Assembly (NCBI GenBank): GCA_017499595.2
Contig: CM039002.1
Location: forward strand, 2,790,001-2,854,000
Reading direction: 5' to 3'
DNA length: 64,000 bases
Origin: Psilocybe cubensis
Taxonomy: Eukaryota
Shown here: positions 48,221 through 61,070 of the stretch, piece after piece
Numbering within the stretch: position 1 is the first letter of the stretch
How the letters are laid out: each line of letters starts with the position of its first letter
Position numbers and translations under genes: made by a program
The notes under the pieces: generated by a model
What the model was told of the DNA's origin: nothing
Database searches by the model: none
The model's input: the letters and a program-made list of their open reading frames with translations, nothing else

Positions 48221-50882
48221 CTATTGAGACAGCTGTTTGATCTTGACGATGATCGCTGCGAAGAAATAGCCATCAGCATATTGACCTTGGAGACATCGCA
48301 GGAAAATGAAGTCACTCACATTGAGGATCAAGGTTCTGGTATGGAATTTGTTCCCATAACCCCCCACAGCCTGGAAAAAATCGCATCAAATTTTGTTAGA
48401 CAGGACACTCTGTGAGAGGACCTACCCTCTTTGGTGGTACCCATGTAGCCGTACTTCGGCGTCAGCTGGCGTTCCAGGAGCCATGTGCCATATTTAGACC
48501 CAAGCTACAAATGATTGAAAATGAGTGTCGCTATAATTTGAACTCTGATATTCATACCCCCGTCTTTTGGTTAAATGATTCGACAACCAATACGAAAGGG
48601 CTTGTTCCGATCTTTCTTGTCATCTATGACACACCCATATGTTTCAGTTTGTGATGTAGGAGGGTCAAAAAGAGATACCTGTTCATCCACAACATTCAAA
48701 CAGGGCTTGTTCACCAGACCCACATCCAATCCTTGTTCTCTACAGCGCAAGACAGCATCGAGAGACCTATAAAGCATCTCTCCAAAGCTAACCACGTATC
48801 CAGCCTTACCCTCCAAGATAAGGTCATCCTTGCCAGGAACGAATTCATAGTCATCTTCGAAGAACCTCGTCTTGCCGTCGGGTTTGAGGATCCAAGGCAC
48901 CTTGGACCGTGTGGAGAAAATGAACCTCAGGCCACGTTCAAAAAAGACGCGCTTGACGATGGCGACCATTTGTGCAGGATCAGCCGGGAAGTAGAGGAAA
49001 GATTGTACGTCAGATAAACCATTGTCGGCATACATGTTATTGACACCTAATCCACGATTAATATTCGTCCAATTAAGTCAAATTTAAGAACCACACCAAA
49101 GTGACATGTATTGTCGGCCTTTTCAATTAATGTCAGTACACGTTGCACCAGCGATCAATGAAAAACCGACCATCTTAGTTTTGAAAGAAGCGAATAATTT
49201 GTTAGAAAATAATATTTATGAAGAAAAAGGACAAACCTCATCAACTAGAATACGCGAATTTGTTTAGCAACGTGCTCACCTCTTAATGCAAAGAATATAC
49301 ATTTATACTTACCTCCGGAATGGGAGAAATGACTGAGAACATTGCAATTGTTCAAACGCGCCATAGTGATTTCTGAAACCACCATTTCGAGGAAAGCTGA
49401 GAAAGTTGAGAATACTCCAAATTTGTCAGGTGCGAAACCAAAACCGGCCGCGGCAGAGAAATTGCCTCGTTCCATGATACCGGAGGGGACGAACACTTCA
49501 GGATGCTTTTGATGGATGACCTTCAAACCGGTTGAGCCTTCGAGATCACCTGAGACCGATATGTTAGAATCAGAATATGAGGCAAAGTCACGGAACGCAC
49601 TATCGATGACCATGACCTTCTTCGCCGCCTCTTCCTTGCTAAGGGTATCCAAAACCATGTTAACAGCTTCTCCGAAAATGACACGATTTGCTCCGACTTC
49701 TTTGGTGGAACCAGAGTATATGTATGGATTTGGGACGGGCTTGATGTTATCGTATATCGAGGAGAAGTTGCTTAATCCTCTCTTTTCCAAATATTTGACT
49801 GCCGCTTTGATAGGGATTACATCGTGTCCATGAGAGCTTCCTTCAATATCTGGAATGCCAGGAGCCATGACTCGCTTGGCAATAACTGAAATGACGTTAA
49901 CAACACGAACAAGAGGAAAAATGAAACATTTTCCTACCCGCCGCTGGACCATTGTGCGTCACGATAGCGCTAATACCGCCCCATAGCTCATCGAGGTCCT
50001 CACCTTGCACGGTTACGACTTTCAAACCGTGGCCCGCCAAAGTGTTGGTGACGTCGTATCCCGGGAGATATTGCGATGGGTGCCCGGCGATAGTTACGTC
50101 ATTGTCATCGATGAGGAGCTTGACGTTCAACCCTTGCGCAACAGCGAGTCTGGCGGCTTCCGCGTCGTTGCCCTCTTGCTGCGAGCCGTCGGAACCCAGG
50201 CAGAATACGGTCTTGTCGCGATTGGCGAGGGCGACGCCGTTGACAAGAGGCCTGAGTGACCAATGAACAAACTGCTTATCATGGCGGGGTCATGTCACAT
50301 ACCACATGTGGCCGAGACGTCCTGAAGAAAACTTGACGCCAGGAGTCAAGCCCAGCTCGGGGTGGCCTGGAAGTTTGGAGTTCGCTTCTCGATAATGAAG
50401 GAGGTGCTCGGCGGGAAGCGACCCCTCGAGGGTGGCGAGAATGTATTGAGTAGCCACACGGTGTCCTGCAGCACGACGTCATATCGCGAAGAGCTTCCGA
50501 TGCAAAACACACGCATACCTGCTTCGTCGAATACAACGGGATAAAAGTCCTTGGAATGCTCGAACAGTGCTAGAAGAATGCAGACCTCTGGAACGGTGTC
50601 ATATGCACCGCCTATGATATTGTCAGCCAGTGGACACACTCGCGGAGTAAGTTAGGCTCGCCTGTGTGTCCACTAACACCTCGCGCGGCGCCAGTGGCTG
50701 TAAACACCACAATGGCGTCCCGCAGGAGTTGTATATTCGCCTGCAAGTCAGCCTTTTGCTCGGCAGTGAGGGTCGGGTTGTGGGGGTCAAGAGACAACCT
50801 ACACGAAATTAGAAGAAGAAAATTGGGATGTGAAAACACTAAACTTTTTAAACTGCTTGAGGTCGATAGGAAATTCTGCCAT
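48221..50882 (-). CDS. Transketolase-like thiamine diphosphate-dependent enzyme, multi-exon
   Basis: GAARGVSGHTGG, PGHPELGLTPGVKFSSGRLGHMW, CLGSDGSQQEGNDAEAA (ThDP motif), DLEGSTGL, GIMERGNFSAAAG, FSHSG, YFPADP; ends IKQLSQ*. Confidence 0.9.
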
Positions 50883-51962
50883 GGTAGTGGTGGTGTAAGA
50901 TAAAGATCGGAATGGAATCAAGAATAGTGGAGCAAGCACGCTTTAAGAGGAAACCACATAGTCTGAAAGTGGACATACACTTCCCCCGATCCACCCGCTT
51001 GCACTCCCATACAAAAATGATGAGCGCGGCTGTATCCCTTCACGACCTACATGAAATGCGGATCCGCCTTTTCCATGGTTGAAAATGACCGAGGCGAACA
51101 CCGATACAAAGAAAGATGAATTGGTTTTCTTGCGGGAGACGAGCACGAAGTCATAAATTTGCACACCCAAAATATGCTAAAAAGGGCTAGAAAAGGCTTC
51201 ACCACACTGCAAGCGAGTTATTATATGTGAATGCATCGATTGAGCTACTGTACGACATGGAATATTTAGGAGGAAATACGATACACAGACCATTAATTAA
51301 ACCGTGAACCCTGTGATAACCACCCTGTTCCCAAAAGCGTTGTGCCACGTCCCATCCACCAACTTCTACTTTTACGCACGTTTGTGGAAAGAGATAGAAC
51401 TTTCCCATTGGTTATCTGTGAAATGACATGTTAATTCGGATCCGAAAAATAGAATAGACAAGCATAAAGGAAGAAAAAAAATCAGAGAACCGGGAATCGA
51501 CTTGGGTCTCTCCCGAAGGGGCCCTTCAGACGGCACTTCCTAAAGCTTTCGGTTTGAAATCGTCATAGATAATGAAAAGCAAAAGTAGAAACCAAATTTT
51601 GATGGAGAAGAACTTACATCGTCCAGATCGTCATCACCGTCGTCGTCGTCGTCCAGTGCGAAAGAATACAGAAAGATTTCTGTGAAAAATTGCTGAAAAA
51701 AAAGGTTCAGAGTCCGACATACTTTAAACTCCGATTTGTCAGGTGACCGACTGGCGCTCAGCGCTGAGAGCGACTCTGAGCCAACTCTGAGCGACTCATT
51801 GGCAACTCGGTCGTATTTTGGAGTCTACGCTCAACCAACACCATTTTACATGAAAGTACTCTGAAGCATTCATGGATATCAAATATTTATATTAATACAA
51901 ATAGTGACAAACATGTCCGTACTGTAGCATACTGTGACAATCATAAATCTAGCGAGATAAAT

Positions 51963-52941
51963 TCAACGAAGACTGAGAGAAAGATGGCATGCCCACATTG
52001 AGGTCCACTGAAATCTCAGTTTGTAAAATTTGAACAAACCTGGCAGGAGGTCAACCCTTCGATAAATTAATTTTGTATTTGGGTTTATCGGACTGGACAG
52101 CGGATGTCTTGCCTTCCATGCCTTTGAAATGCGATCTTGCGCCTTTGAAGTGGATATAAACAGTCTGAAATCTCCCTCTGTGAGCGGTTGACAGAAATAA
52201 TAGCATATAGAATCCAAGACGTCGCCCAAGCTAATCGGACCGTGTTGATTGTTGACAACAATTGGGCCCCAAGCTTTCATAATCCAAGCCAGCTCGCTCT
52301 GGTCAAAATCAATCATCGCAACCTTGATATTCTCCGGAAGAGCTGGAGCTTTGAATGGTGGATGATACAGAATATCTCCGTCGGCGACTTTAGCTGTGCG
52401 CGGGCTGGTGCGCAAGTCCCATACCATTTCTCCGCTAGTGAGGGTCTCGTCAATAAATTGACTTTCTAAGCTTTGATGGCATCGAGGTCGGTGGGATTTT
52501 GATTTGTGCCTTTTGGTTTCAGGGGACATTGCACCACTCTTGGAAGATTTAGATAACAATAACGCTCTTTTCTCAGGTGTACGTGGAGGTTCTTGCTTAT
52601 GGCACCAGTCACCCAGTGACAATGCTTGAGGCGAACTGTATGAGTCGGTATCCGCGCACTGACTAAACTGATCGTGGGGGATGTGATATGGCGAGCTGTA
52701 TGCCGGAGGGGAATCAGCAAAACTATTCCAAAGTGCATCCCTGTATTCGACGTAGTCCTGCTGGGCTGTTCTCTCTGCCGACGTGTTTCTTTGATAAGGT
52801 CAAACTCCATCATATCAATAAGATTAGGCTATTACCTTGTTTAATGTAAGGGTATAAGTATTTCTCTCGGTTGTACGGGTACATAGGAGCGTGGTTCAGA
52901 TAACTTGAACTCCAGGCTGTCCGTACATTGAGTGTGTCCAT
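51963..52941 (-). CDS. Mushroom-type hypothetical protein with C-terminal DUF6699-like domain
   Basis: MVWDLRTSP, WGPIVV..GPISLGDVLDSICYYFCQPLT, RRVDLL..LFKFYKL motifs; 5' exons inferred. Confidence 0.55.
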
Positions 52942-53498
52942 TATTGAGGGATGTGTGGGCGTTGTGGTGGGCGTATGAGTGGGTTTTGAAGAGAACGAGA
53001 TGGTGTCGTTAGTTAGATTTAGAAGGATTATATAGTTTAAGCACTAAATGTTCGGATACCGTACACGCCAGGCGACCGTTACTGCGAATAACAACGAGCG
53101 CCTAATCAAGCCATCTCGACGTGAGCTGATCACAAGCATGGTGCAATAGCCTAAACTTCGCTCCGTTAAACAATGGAATATTCACACTTTGCTAGAGTTA
53201 CCTTGTAATGGGCAAGGTCGTTAAGGGTACATGCCGTCCATGTCAAATCGCATCTGCCATCTTTCGCCCACAACCCATAGCCGACAACCCACAGAGAAAA
53301 AAGAACAAAGACCGGCAAGTTATTGCCGAGTCTATAAATGACTTTGCGGCAAACAGCGAATTTGATCATGACTTTGAAATTCGACGGTGGCCGGTTCTTC
53401 GCAGGCCTCATCATGGGTTCACTCTCAATTGTTTCTTGGAATCATTCCTCTCCTAGTTCGTCCTCTAAATAACGCAAGAATCTTGTTATTAATTTTCA

Positions 53499-55237
53499 AT
53501 GGAAAACGCAACAACTTCTAGGAATCTTGGTAACATTGTTGAAATCGTCAATGAAGCCTATAGCGACCGTGCAAGGCAGGGTGCCCCAGTAGACTGTAAG
53601 TCGGCGCTCTACGTCTTTCTAGCTGTCTATAATAACGAAATATTAGATGCCAACAAAGTAGCTGAGGCATTTGGATACACGGAAGAACAACTGCGTTCAG
53701 TGCCCGAGAATGCACACATGGGGTTGAGCTGTGGTAACCCAGTCGCCGCTGCTACAATCAAGGAGGTAAGAGGAAGATCACCACTTCAAAGTAGGTCGTT
53801 ATTAAGCTTGAATGTAGGGAGAAACCGTAGTCGATCTTGGATCGGGGGGTGGAATCGATGTTTTGCTCGCTGCAGATAAAGTAGGGCCGACCGGGAAAGC
53901 GATTGGCCTTGATATGTCCCAGGTACATTGTATTTGAATCTATTTTATAACACCTTCTAATTTGCCCTTGATACGCAGGACATGATATCTCTAGCTCGTA
54001 AGAATGCTGCAAAGAAGGGCCTCAAACCTCCTCAGGTTGCTTTCGTGCAAGCACTGTTAACTGAGCCCCTTCCTATTGAGCCCGATTCAGTAGATTGTAT
54101 TCTGTCCAACTGTGTCATCAATCTTTTACCGTTTGACGGCAAGGCTCATCTTCTGAAGGAGGTGCACCGTATACTGAAGCCCGGAGGAAGGATCGTCCTC
54201 GATGACGTTTGTTTTGTCGTCCATCACGACTTATGACACGTTATCTAACAATTCGCACGTAGATCATTGCAAAGAAGGAGCTCCCGGGATATATCAAAGA
54301 TGATCTCGCATCGTATGTCGGATGTATCTCAGGTGCTCTGCTTCTGGAGCAGTACAAATCACTCTTGAACGATGCTGGTTTTTCAGGCAAGTCTTATATT
54401 TCCACAGTTCTTTTCTTCATCTTTTCGAACTATTGTTTTAGATGTACTTTTCGTCGACAACAAGAGTGATCTCAGTGTTTACTACCAGCAGTCTGATAGT
54501 AACAGCGGTTGTAGCACCACAACTACAGGCTGTTGCACACCCGCACCTCGGGGATCCAAAGCACAAAGGCCAAGTTACGATGTAAATGAGTGGGCCGGTG
54601 AGTTTTCTCTTGAAGCTCCCTTGAATCACATATCTCAGTTTCATTAGCATCATATCAGATTTACGCTAAGAAAGAAGGAGGCCCCGTCCCCAATCCACCA
54701 ACGGCATTGCTCCGCTGGTGGGACGCATACCCTACCGTAAAATCATCTCCAGCATCCATGACAGCGGAGGAAGTAGCATCACTCATACGCGGTGAGGGAG
54801 ATGCAGGCGAATTTGCAGTTATTGATGTTCGCAGGAATGATCATGCTGTATGTATAAATATCAAACTATACCTTCTCCCCATTTCACAAACAACTTTTAC
54901 CTATAAGGGGGGCCATGTCAGAGGCAGCCACAACCACCACGCCCAAACATTCTTCGACGAACTCCCGGCCTTCTATGAGCGATTTAAGGATACAAAGAAA
55001 GTCATTTTCTACTGCCAAAGCTCAAATGGCAGAGGGCCTCGATGCGCTGGATGGTAAGCCACCCCAATAATATAAGCAGTTATTTAACGCTTACTTTCTT
55101 GGATTTCAAGGTACCAGGACTATCTAAATTCCAAAGCTAACCATGATAATAAATCGACCGCCTACGTTTTAAAAGGCGGGATCAAAAACTGGCTTTCTAA
55201 ATTCGAAGGACAGGAGGATTTGGTAGACGCCGATTGA
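53499..55237 (+). CDS. Arsenite S-adenosylmethionine methyltransferase (ArsM/AS3MT-like) fused to a C-terminal Acr2/Cdc25-type rhodanese domain
   Basis: [19 protein letters not shown] (SAM motif I), [25 protein letters not shown]; intron 54598-54647 gives in-frame readthrough into [42 protein letters not shown]. Confidence 0.88.
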
Positions 55238-55770
55238 GCGTCCTGGCCACCTATAGGCTGTGGTATATAAACTATATATATTGGCTCGCTATACTCTGCA
55301 ACAATATGATCACGCCACGATATCTTGGAGAGAACATATAAAATACCAAAAACTTGTTGTGGCCTTACGAGTCGGTTCAAACCTGTCGGACTGGTCCCTC
55401 TTGAAGAGGATAGGACGCTGGGGAAATTCCTTGTTGCTCTGACAGCATAGCAACATTCAATGGCGAGTCCTGGTCAAAGCAGAAGAGTGGGTGGTTCATT
55501 GTCGCTAGGTTACCCCAGAAATGGAGCACCATGTATGGCCAGAGGCAACCTGAATGGCAAGGCCTGTAAGTGGCGTCTTGATGTTTGAAAATCTATAAAA
55601 CATGACAATGTAGATTGCAAGACTCAGGATCAAAACCGATTGCATCGCAACCAAGTCTGGAGGAATATTCATCTCTCTGTCGCAGATTCGTCACTCCAGC
55701 GAACGATGGATCTCAGTCTCTCCCAAGTTCCCGGTCTGAGACAAGTGACACCTACTTCTTCCCTGCTGAT

Positions 55771-56535
55771 ATGGATATAATGGCAAACCGGATTGATGAT
55801 TCGTCTTTTGATTCTCTAGCGCTTTCCGATACAGACTCATGCGCGTCACAGCTTCCCACCCCAGTCGACGACGATTTTTTCACCCCAAAAGACAGTGTCG
55901 AGTCTCTCGCTGTTCAGGGCTGGACTGATGATTTCGACGATGGTGATAGCTTTCTAATCTCTGGGGTCGTATGGGATCAAGCGTCGGGGCAGCATCTCCT
56001 CACGGCACCACGTCAAGTTTCTCGAAAGTCGTTCTACGACTACTACTACCCGCCATTGCAACCGAATCACTGGCAAGAATACTATCGTGAACAAGAAAGG
56101 CTCAATGTCAAATCTGACAACAGATTCTCGGGTAAGGCCTCTGTGGCAGCACCGTCTGACTCTGAACCCGGACCGATTCCTCGCGTGGACCTTTCCGCAG
56201 CATACATCTCGTCAGATGGTGTCGAGCAAAGCAATGAGGTTGAGGATCTGAACCCTGATCCTGAATGTGTATACACGGTAAGCCGCAGAAGCGATGGGTT
56301 GCTTTGGTACCAGTGCAAGACATGTCCCAACCGGGGCACTGACAGGCGCTCTGATATGGTGCGCCATGCTAAAACCAGGCTGCATAAAGCTGAGAATTTT
56401 ACATGCACACTCTGCAACATGGAGTATCCTTCAAAGGATGCGTTGGAACGGCACTTCCAAAGAAAGAGTCACCAGTCTCGAGTTGAAAAGAATAAGGCAC
56501 GTTATAACTTGCGAAAACGAGTGGGAAGGAAGTAG
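55771..56535 (+). CDS. C2H2 zinc-finger protein, intronless, paralogue of 42472-43572
   Basis: YQCKTCPNRGTDRRSDMVRHAKTRLH and FTCTLCNMEYPSKDALERHFQRKSH; first in-frame ATG at 55771. Confidence 0.8.
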   Translation: MDIMANRIDDSSFDSLALSDTDSCASQLPTPVDDDFFTPKDSVESLAVQGWTDDFDDGDSFLISGVVWDQASGQHLLTAPRQVSRKSFYDYYYPPLQPNHWQEYYREQERLNVKSDNRFSGKASVAAPSDSEPGPIPRVDLSAAYISSDGVEQSNEVEDLNPDPECVYTVSRRSDGLLWYQCKTCPNRGTDRRSDMVRHAKTRLHKAENFTCTLCNMEYPSKDALERHFQRKSHQSRVEKNKARYNLRKRVGRK

Positions 56536-56822
56536 AACACTGCAGTATGGGTGGTAGCACATTGCCAGCTATAACCGTGATCAATTAGTTTTCCTTGTGT
56601 TGTAATAAATAGCATGCTGTTGACAAGCTGTTGAAAGGTTTATTTTGATAGTAACTCGGAGGCAATATGCGCTGTATCTTATCCTCATCGGGAATGTTTT
56701 TAACCGGATCCGGTACTAGGTGCAACTTGTGTGCGCCAGATGAAATGAGAAGGAACAGCCAAAGCCAAAGCCCATGGTCTCTCTCGCTGGTTTACTCTTG
56801 AAGCTCCTTCCCCTCATCTAAA

Positions 56823-57430
56823 ATGGCTGATATACCAAGCAGTTCGGCCCCCTCTATGGAAAGGCTCGAGATAGAGCGTATGTTTTCGTCTTCTTTAGTG
56901 CCACAAAAAATACAGCAAGAGCTCAAGATATATCCACAGTAAGAAACGAAAAGATCAGAAGAGTTGAAGATTACATTGTATACCAGTCCGAGCGTAAGTA
57001 TCCACGATATTGGTGAGTAAAAGTGACCATTTTGACAGATTCCGTATGCGGTAGTCAACAATTGGAAGTATAAATGTAAAGATTTGCAAACGAAAATCGA
57101 TCAACTTGAGCAAATCTACCAAGGAACAAGCAGAATCATGAATCAACATCGTAATCATATTCATCTCTTTAAGATTATGAGGTTAACCTAACATCGAGCA
57201 GATAAATTCCAAAAAGAGGAGTATAAAAGGTTACAACAAAAAATCGAGGTTTTAGAGGATGATTTGGATGACGAAGAAGAAGAAACGATGCTTGTCATAG
57301 AACTGTTGATTTCTATTTTCGAAAAAGGTGCGTATCATTCCTTTTGGATATCATTTTAAAGCATATTTACGACACTAACATCGTCAAATCAGTTATTCAA
57401 GCTTTCTACCAGTTCAAGCCCAGTGTAAAC
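56823..57430 (+). CDS. Small multi-exon hypothetical coiled-coil protein
   Basis: ATG at 56823 (MADIPSSSAPSMERLEIE), several GT-AG-bounded short exons, DKFQKEEYKRLQQKIEVLEDDLDDEEEE segment; end approximate. Confidence 0.35.
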
Positions 57431-57650
57431 ATAGGCTAAGGGCTGAATTTAGCTACGCAATCTGTCACGGTGTACCTATGCAAAGTTCTCTGATTCATCT
57501 GCGGCAGAAATCTATTAACCATTGATCTACCATATTACAAATAAGGGACCGCATTCGTTGGGGAAGCAACTAGTATCATAGTTCAATCCAGAAGACTTTT
57601 CCTATTGCTCCGACGAATATGTGTACGTACATGTCCGCTGAATGAGTGCA

Positions 57651-57750
57651 GCCCGCCTAGCTCAATCGGATAGAGCGTCAGACTCTTACGGCGGGTTTCT
57701 TCCTTCCCTTTGACATCTGAAGGCTGCGAGTTCGACCCTCGCGGTGGGCT
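57651..57750 (+). tRNA. tRNA-Lys(CTT) with canonical intron
   Basis: GCCCGCC acceptor stem pairing with GGTGGGC, D arm TAGCTCAATCGGATAGAGC, anticodon loop CT-CTT-A followed by an intron, T arm GCGAGTTCGACCCTCGC. Confidence 0.93.
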
Positions 57751-58072
57751 ACAGGGTTACATCCGAACTTTTTGGAAATGTTTACCTTTTGCTTCCGCGT
57801 TTCCGAGGGCGCTTAAAATTTTCACCATCACTTACCTTAATGATTTGTAACCGTTTAACGACTGGAAAGATTTGTTGCGCATATTGAATTGGGATGGACT
57901 TCAATGATATAATAAATAATGACTCTCATTGTTTTCGAGATGCTTTATGGCATGTTTCTTGCAAAACCACTAGCAACGAAGTTTGAACGCAGTCGACGAG
58001 AAAAATTTGTCATCGCTGGCGTGGGACCCTTTGTAAGCGTGACAGGTAAGCCACAATCCAATAATCGATATG

Positions 58073-58171
58073 GCCCGCCTAGCTCAATCGGATAGAGCGT
58101 CAGACTCTTAAAGGCGGTGTCATCCCTCATTGGGAATCTGAAGGCTGCGAGTTCGACCCTCGCGGTGGGCT
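58073..58171 (+). tRNA. tRNA-Lys(CTT) with canonical intron, second copy
   Basis: Exons identical to the 57651 copy; different intron sequence; downstream T-runs. Confidence 0.93.
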
Positions 58172-58510
58172 ACTGTTGTTTTGCATTTTATTTTGGTCAC
58201 CACATGCCAGCGGGTTGCGGGTATACACCGGATTCATTTCCAGGTCAAGTGGACACAGTCCAGCACACCTTCTACTGCTGTCTTGCCTTTTATTTTATTA
58301 CTTTTCTCACAGGTTCTATAGAAGCGAGTACCCACCGGAGTACGGGTGATCCGGTCATTCGTTAGAATCGATGCAATGAAGCAAGGTGCCAGTTCACCTT
58401 CGTTAGGTGTCTTTTTGGTCCAAGGCATATGACTCCTCTTTGGCACATCGCATCGCGGACCGACAACAAGAAATTCAAGTTGAGTGGTGCTACAAATAAA
58501 AGCAGAAGCG

Positions 58511-60699
58511 ATGGATTCCAAGTCCGCTGGCAATCCTCCCTCTCAACGAAATCATTCACTTGTCATCATGTTACTGTCTGCGGTCCTTGTAGCGCTCGCT
58601 AGCTATGCATATCGAGACACCTTGCTTGCTCTGGCTTCTCCGAGTGCTATCTTAGATGCGTCTCAGGCTGCGGATATTGTAGATACTGGGTATGCTAGGT
58701 ATCTGGGCAATCGCTCGTTCCCGAACACTGTTGCTTTTCTGGGTGTTCCGTATGCGGAACCACCGTTGGGAGAACGACGGTTCCGCGCACCTCTTCCTTT
58801 GGACAAGGCTAGGATAGCAAGGGAGGCTCGTGGAAAGGTGGTGGATGTCACCAAGAACCCTGCCTTTTGTATTCAGGGTACCACGGGAGGTCAGTTCAAT
58901 TGCGCATGTTATTAGGGGCCAAATATAGATCTTGAATGCGTTCTGCAGGTGGTGACGCTGGAGGAGCCGGAAGTGAAGATTGTTTGAATGTAAATATCTA
59001 CGCACCTGTTGGTGCAAATCGCGGAAGCAAATGCAAGTCTTTCTTTGCTCTTTCGTTATCATTTAATCTGACGTGACAATCCCAGTGCCGGTGCTCGTGT
59101 ACATTCACGGAGGAGGCGAGCTCAAACCGTCTATATGATCATTGCGTAAACTCACGTTTATACCCTTACCCACAGGATATGTATTTGGGAACCCTGTAAA
59201 CTGGCCTTTCGACCATTGGATTAACCAAAGCCCAAACGTGGTTATCGTCTCGGTGTACTACCGTTTGTCGTCATTTGGATTCCTTGCTTCTCCTGCAATG
59301 CGCGATCCTGCAGTTGGTGACCTGAACGCGGGATTCCTGGACCAGATACAAGCTCTCAAATGGGTCAAAGAGAATATTGCCAGCTTCGGAGGAAACCCAG
59401 ACATGGTCACCATCAATGGTGAAAGTGCTGGGGGAAGCTCAACGGAGTTGCATCTGGTCGCCAATGAAGGCGAAAAACTTTTTAATGCTGCTATTGCACA
59501 GAGCGTGTACAGGACCCCTTTGCCTACCCCGGAACAGCAGGAGGTAAGCCGTGCTGAGTTACAACGGGGCTAAGCGCTGACTCCATCTCCAGCCACTATT
59601 CAATTTCTATGCCAACCACGCTGGATGTGGCACAGGGTCAGCTGCCGATCAGATAGCATGTCTACGGAAAGCCAGCGTTAGCGCGCTGGCTATGGCCCAG
59701 GACGCGGCGGTTACTTCTGCCTTGTAAGACATTTACCTTGTATGATGGACAATTTTTTGGGCTTAAATGAGCAATTTATAGCACCGCGTCAGGATACAAC
59801 ACTTTCCACCCCGTCATTGATGGAAAAACGCTCACGGACTTCCCTACTAAATCGATCTTAGCTGGAAACTTTGCCAAAGTGCCTTTAATTGTTGGGTGGG
59901 TAATTAAATTTTTAGTCCTTTATTGTTCTAATATTTAATGTCAGAGCAACTACCAATGAAACTCTGTCGGGGGGCTCTAGTGTGTCAGGCGCTTTAAAGG
60001 GATTCTTCCCTTCTATCACAGACTCGGATGTCAACGCGCTACTTGATGTAAGCTCGTTTCCTCGAATTTAATTTGCCCATAGCTCATTGGAAAAAGGCGT
60101 ACCCACTCTCTGAATTTTCTTCGTCTCTACAATTCCAAACTATCACAGGAGATGCCGAGCTTAGATGTGCTGTAAGCCTCTTAGAACTCCAGTATAGATT
60201 ATCTCGCTCAAATACCCTGCAGCGCTCCATTCTAGGAACAGAATTCGGGAAAGCCCAGAAATCTTGGACATACAGATATAACCAACCAACTCCGGGAGCC
60301 AACGCTGTATTCCACGCAGCTGAGAACTTCATGATGTTCAAGGGCACTAGCACCGGGTATGTCCACAGATGTCCTTGTTACAACTGATCTCACGCAAATC
60401 TGGATACTAGCTTCAACGGAACCACCACCTTCAACGCGTTGACGCCAACTCAAAACGCATTCGCGCAAGAGTTAATTGCTTACTGGCTATCCTTCGTCCG
60501 AACACACGATCCAAATACGTTTAAGCTATCCCGTTCCCCGACATGGCAGCCTTTTACGACCAAAAACTCGCGGATTGTTCTTCAGGAAGGCCCAGGAGAT
60601 ACAACTACTGTCAGCGGTAGCTTCTTGGAGACACAAGGAACGGAGGAGACGGATCGGTGCAATCTTATCGCAAGCCAGGTGCTGTCCCAGCAAAATTAA
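58511..60699 (+). CDS. Type-B carboxylesterase/lipase (alpha/beta hydrolase) with N-terminal membrane anchor, multi-exon
   Basis: FLGVPYAEPPLGERRFRAP, SEDCLNVNIYAP, YIHGGG, YRLSSFGFL, NAGFLDQIQALKWVKENIASFGGNP, nucleophile elbow GESAGG, FHAAE. Confidence 0.93.
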
Positions 60700-61070
60700 A
60701 AAATTCACTTGTGCAAACCGCAAAATATTAACTACCTAAAGTTAAATTCCGTACTCAAAAAAATGGCATGATGCTTAGCATCAACGTTCCTATATTTTAG
60801 CGTGTATGTATCTATGAATTTCGGAGAGTTTAGAAAAACTCAGAAATACAACTGGACCAACGTTTGTCCAGCACTACCGTGAAATAAGGCGCCTTCATTG
60901 AGAAGCCCCTATCGAAATAAAAGTCACGCGCTATTTGTCCCTGTGTACGTGTTTTCGGGTAAACCTTGCAGCGTGCTCGGCTTTTCCAACAGTTTTCCTT
61001 CTTTTCTGAGTTCAGTCGACATTGTCGAGCCCTTCGCCACTTCGAAGCCTTGTAAAGTGTTACTCTCGAA

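Noticed and set aside
3299-55237. A detoxification gene cluster (cyanase, homogentisate dioxygenase, arsenic methyltransferase, esterase)
   Set aside because: The genes are far apart, interspersed with unrelated housekeeping genes and belong to unconnected pathways.
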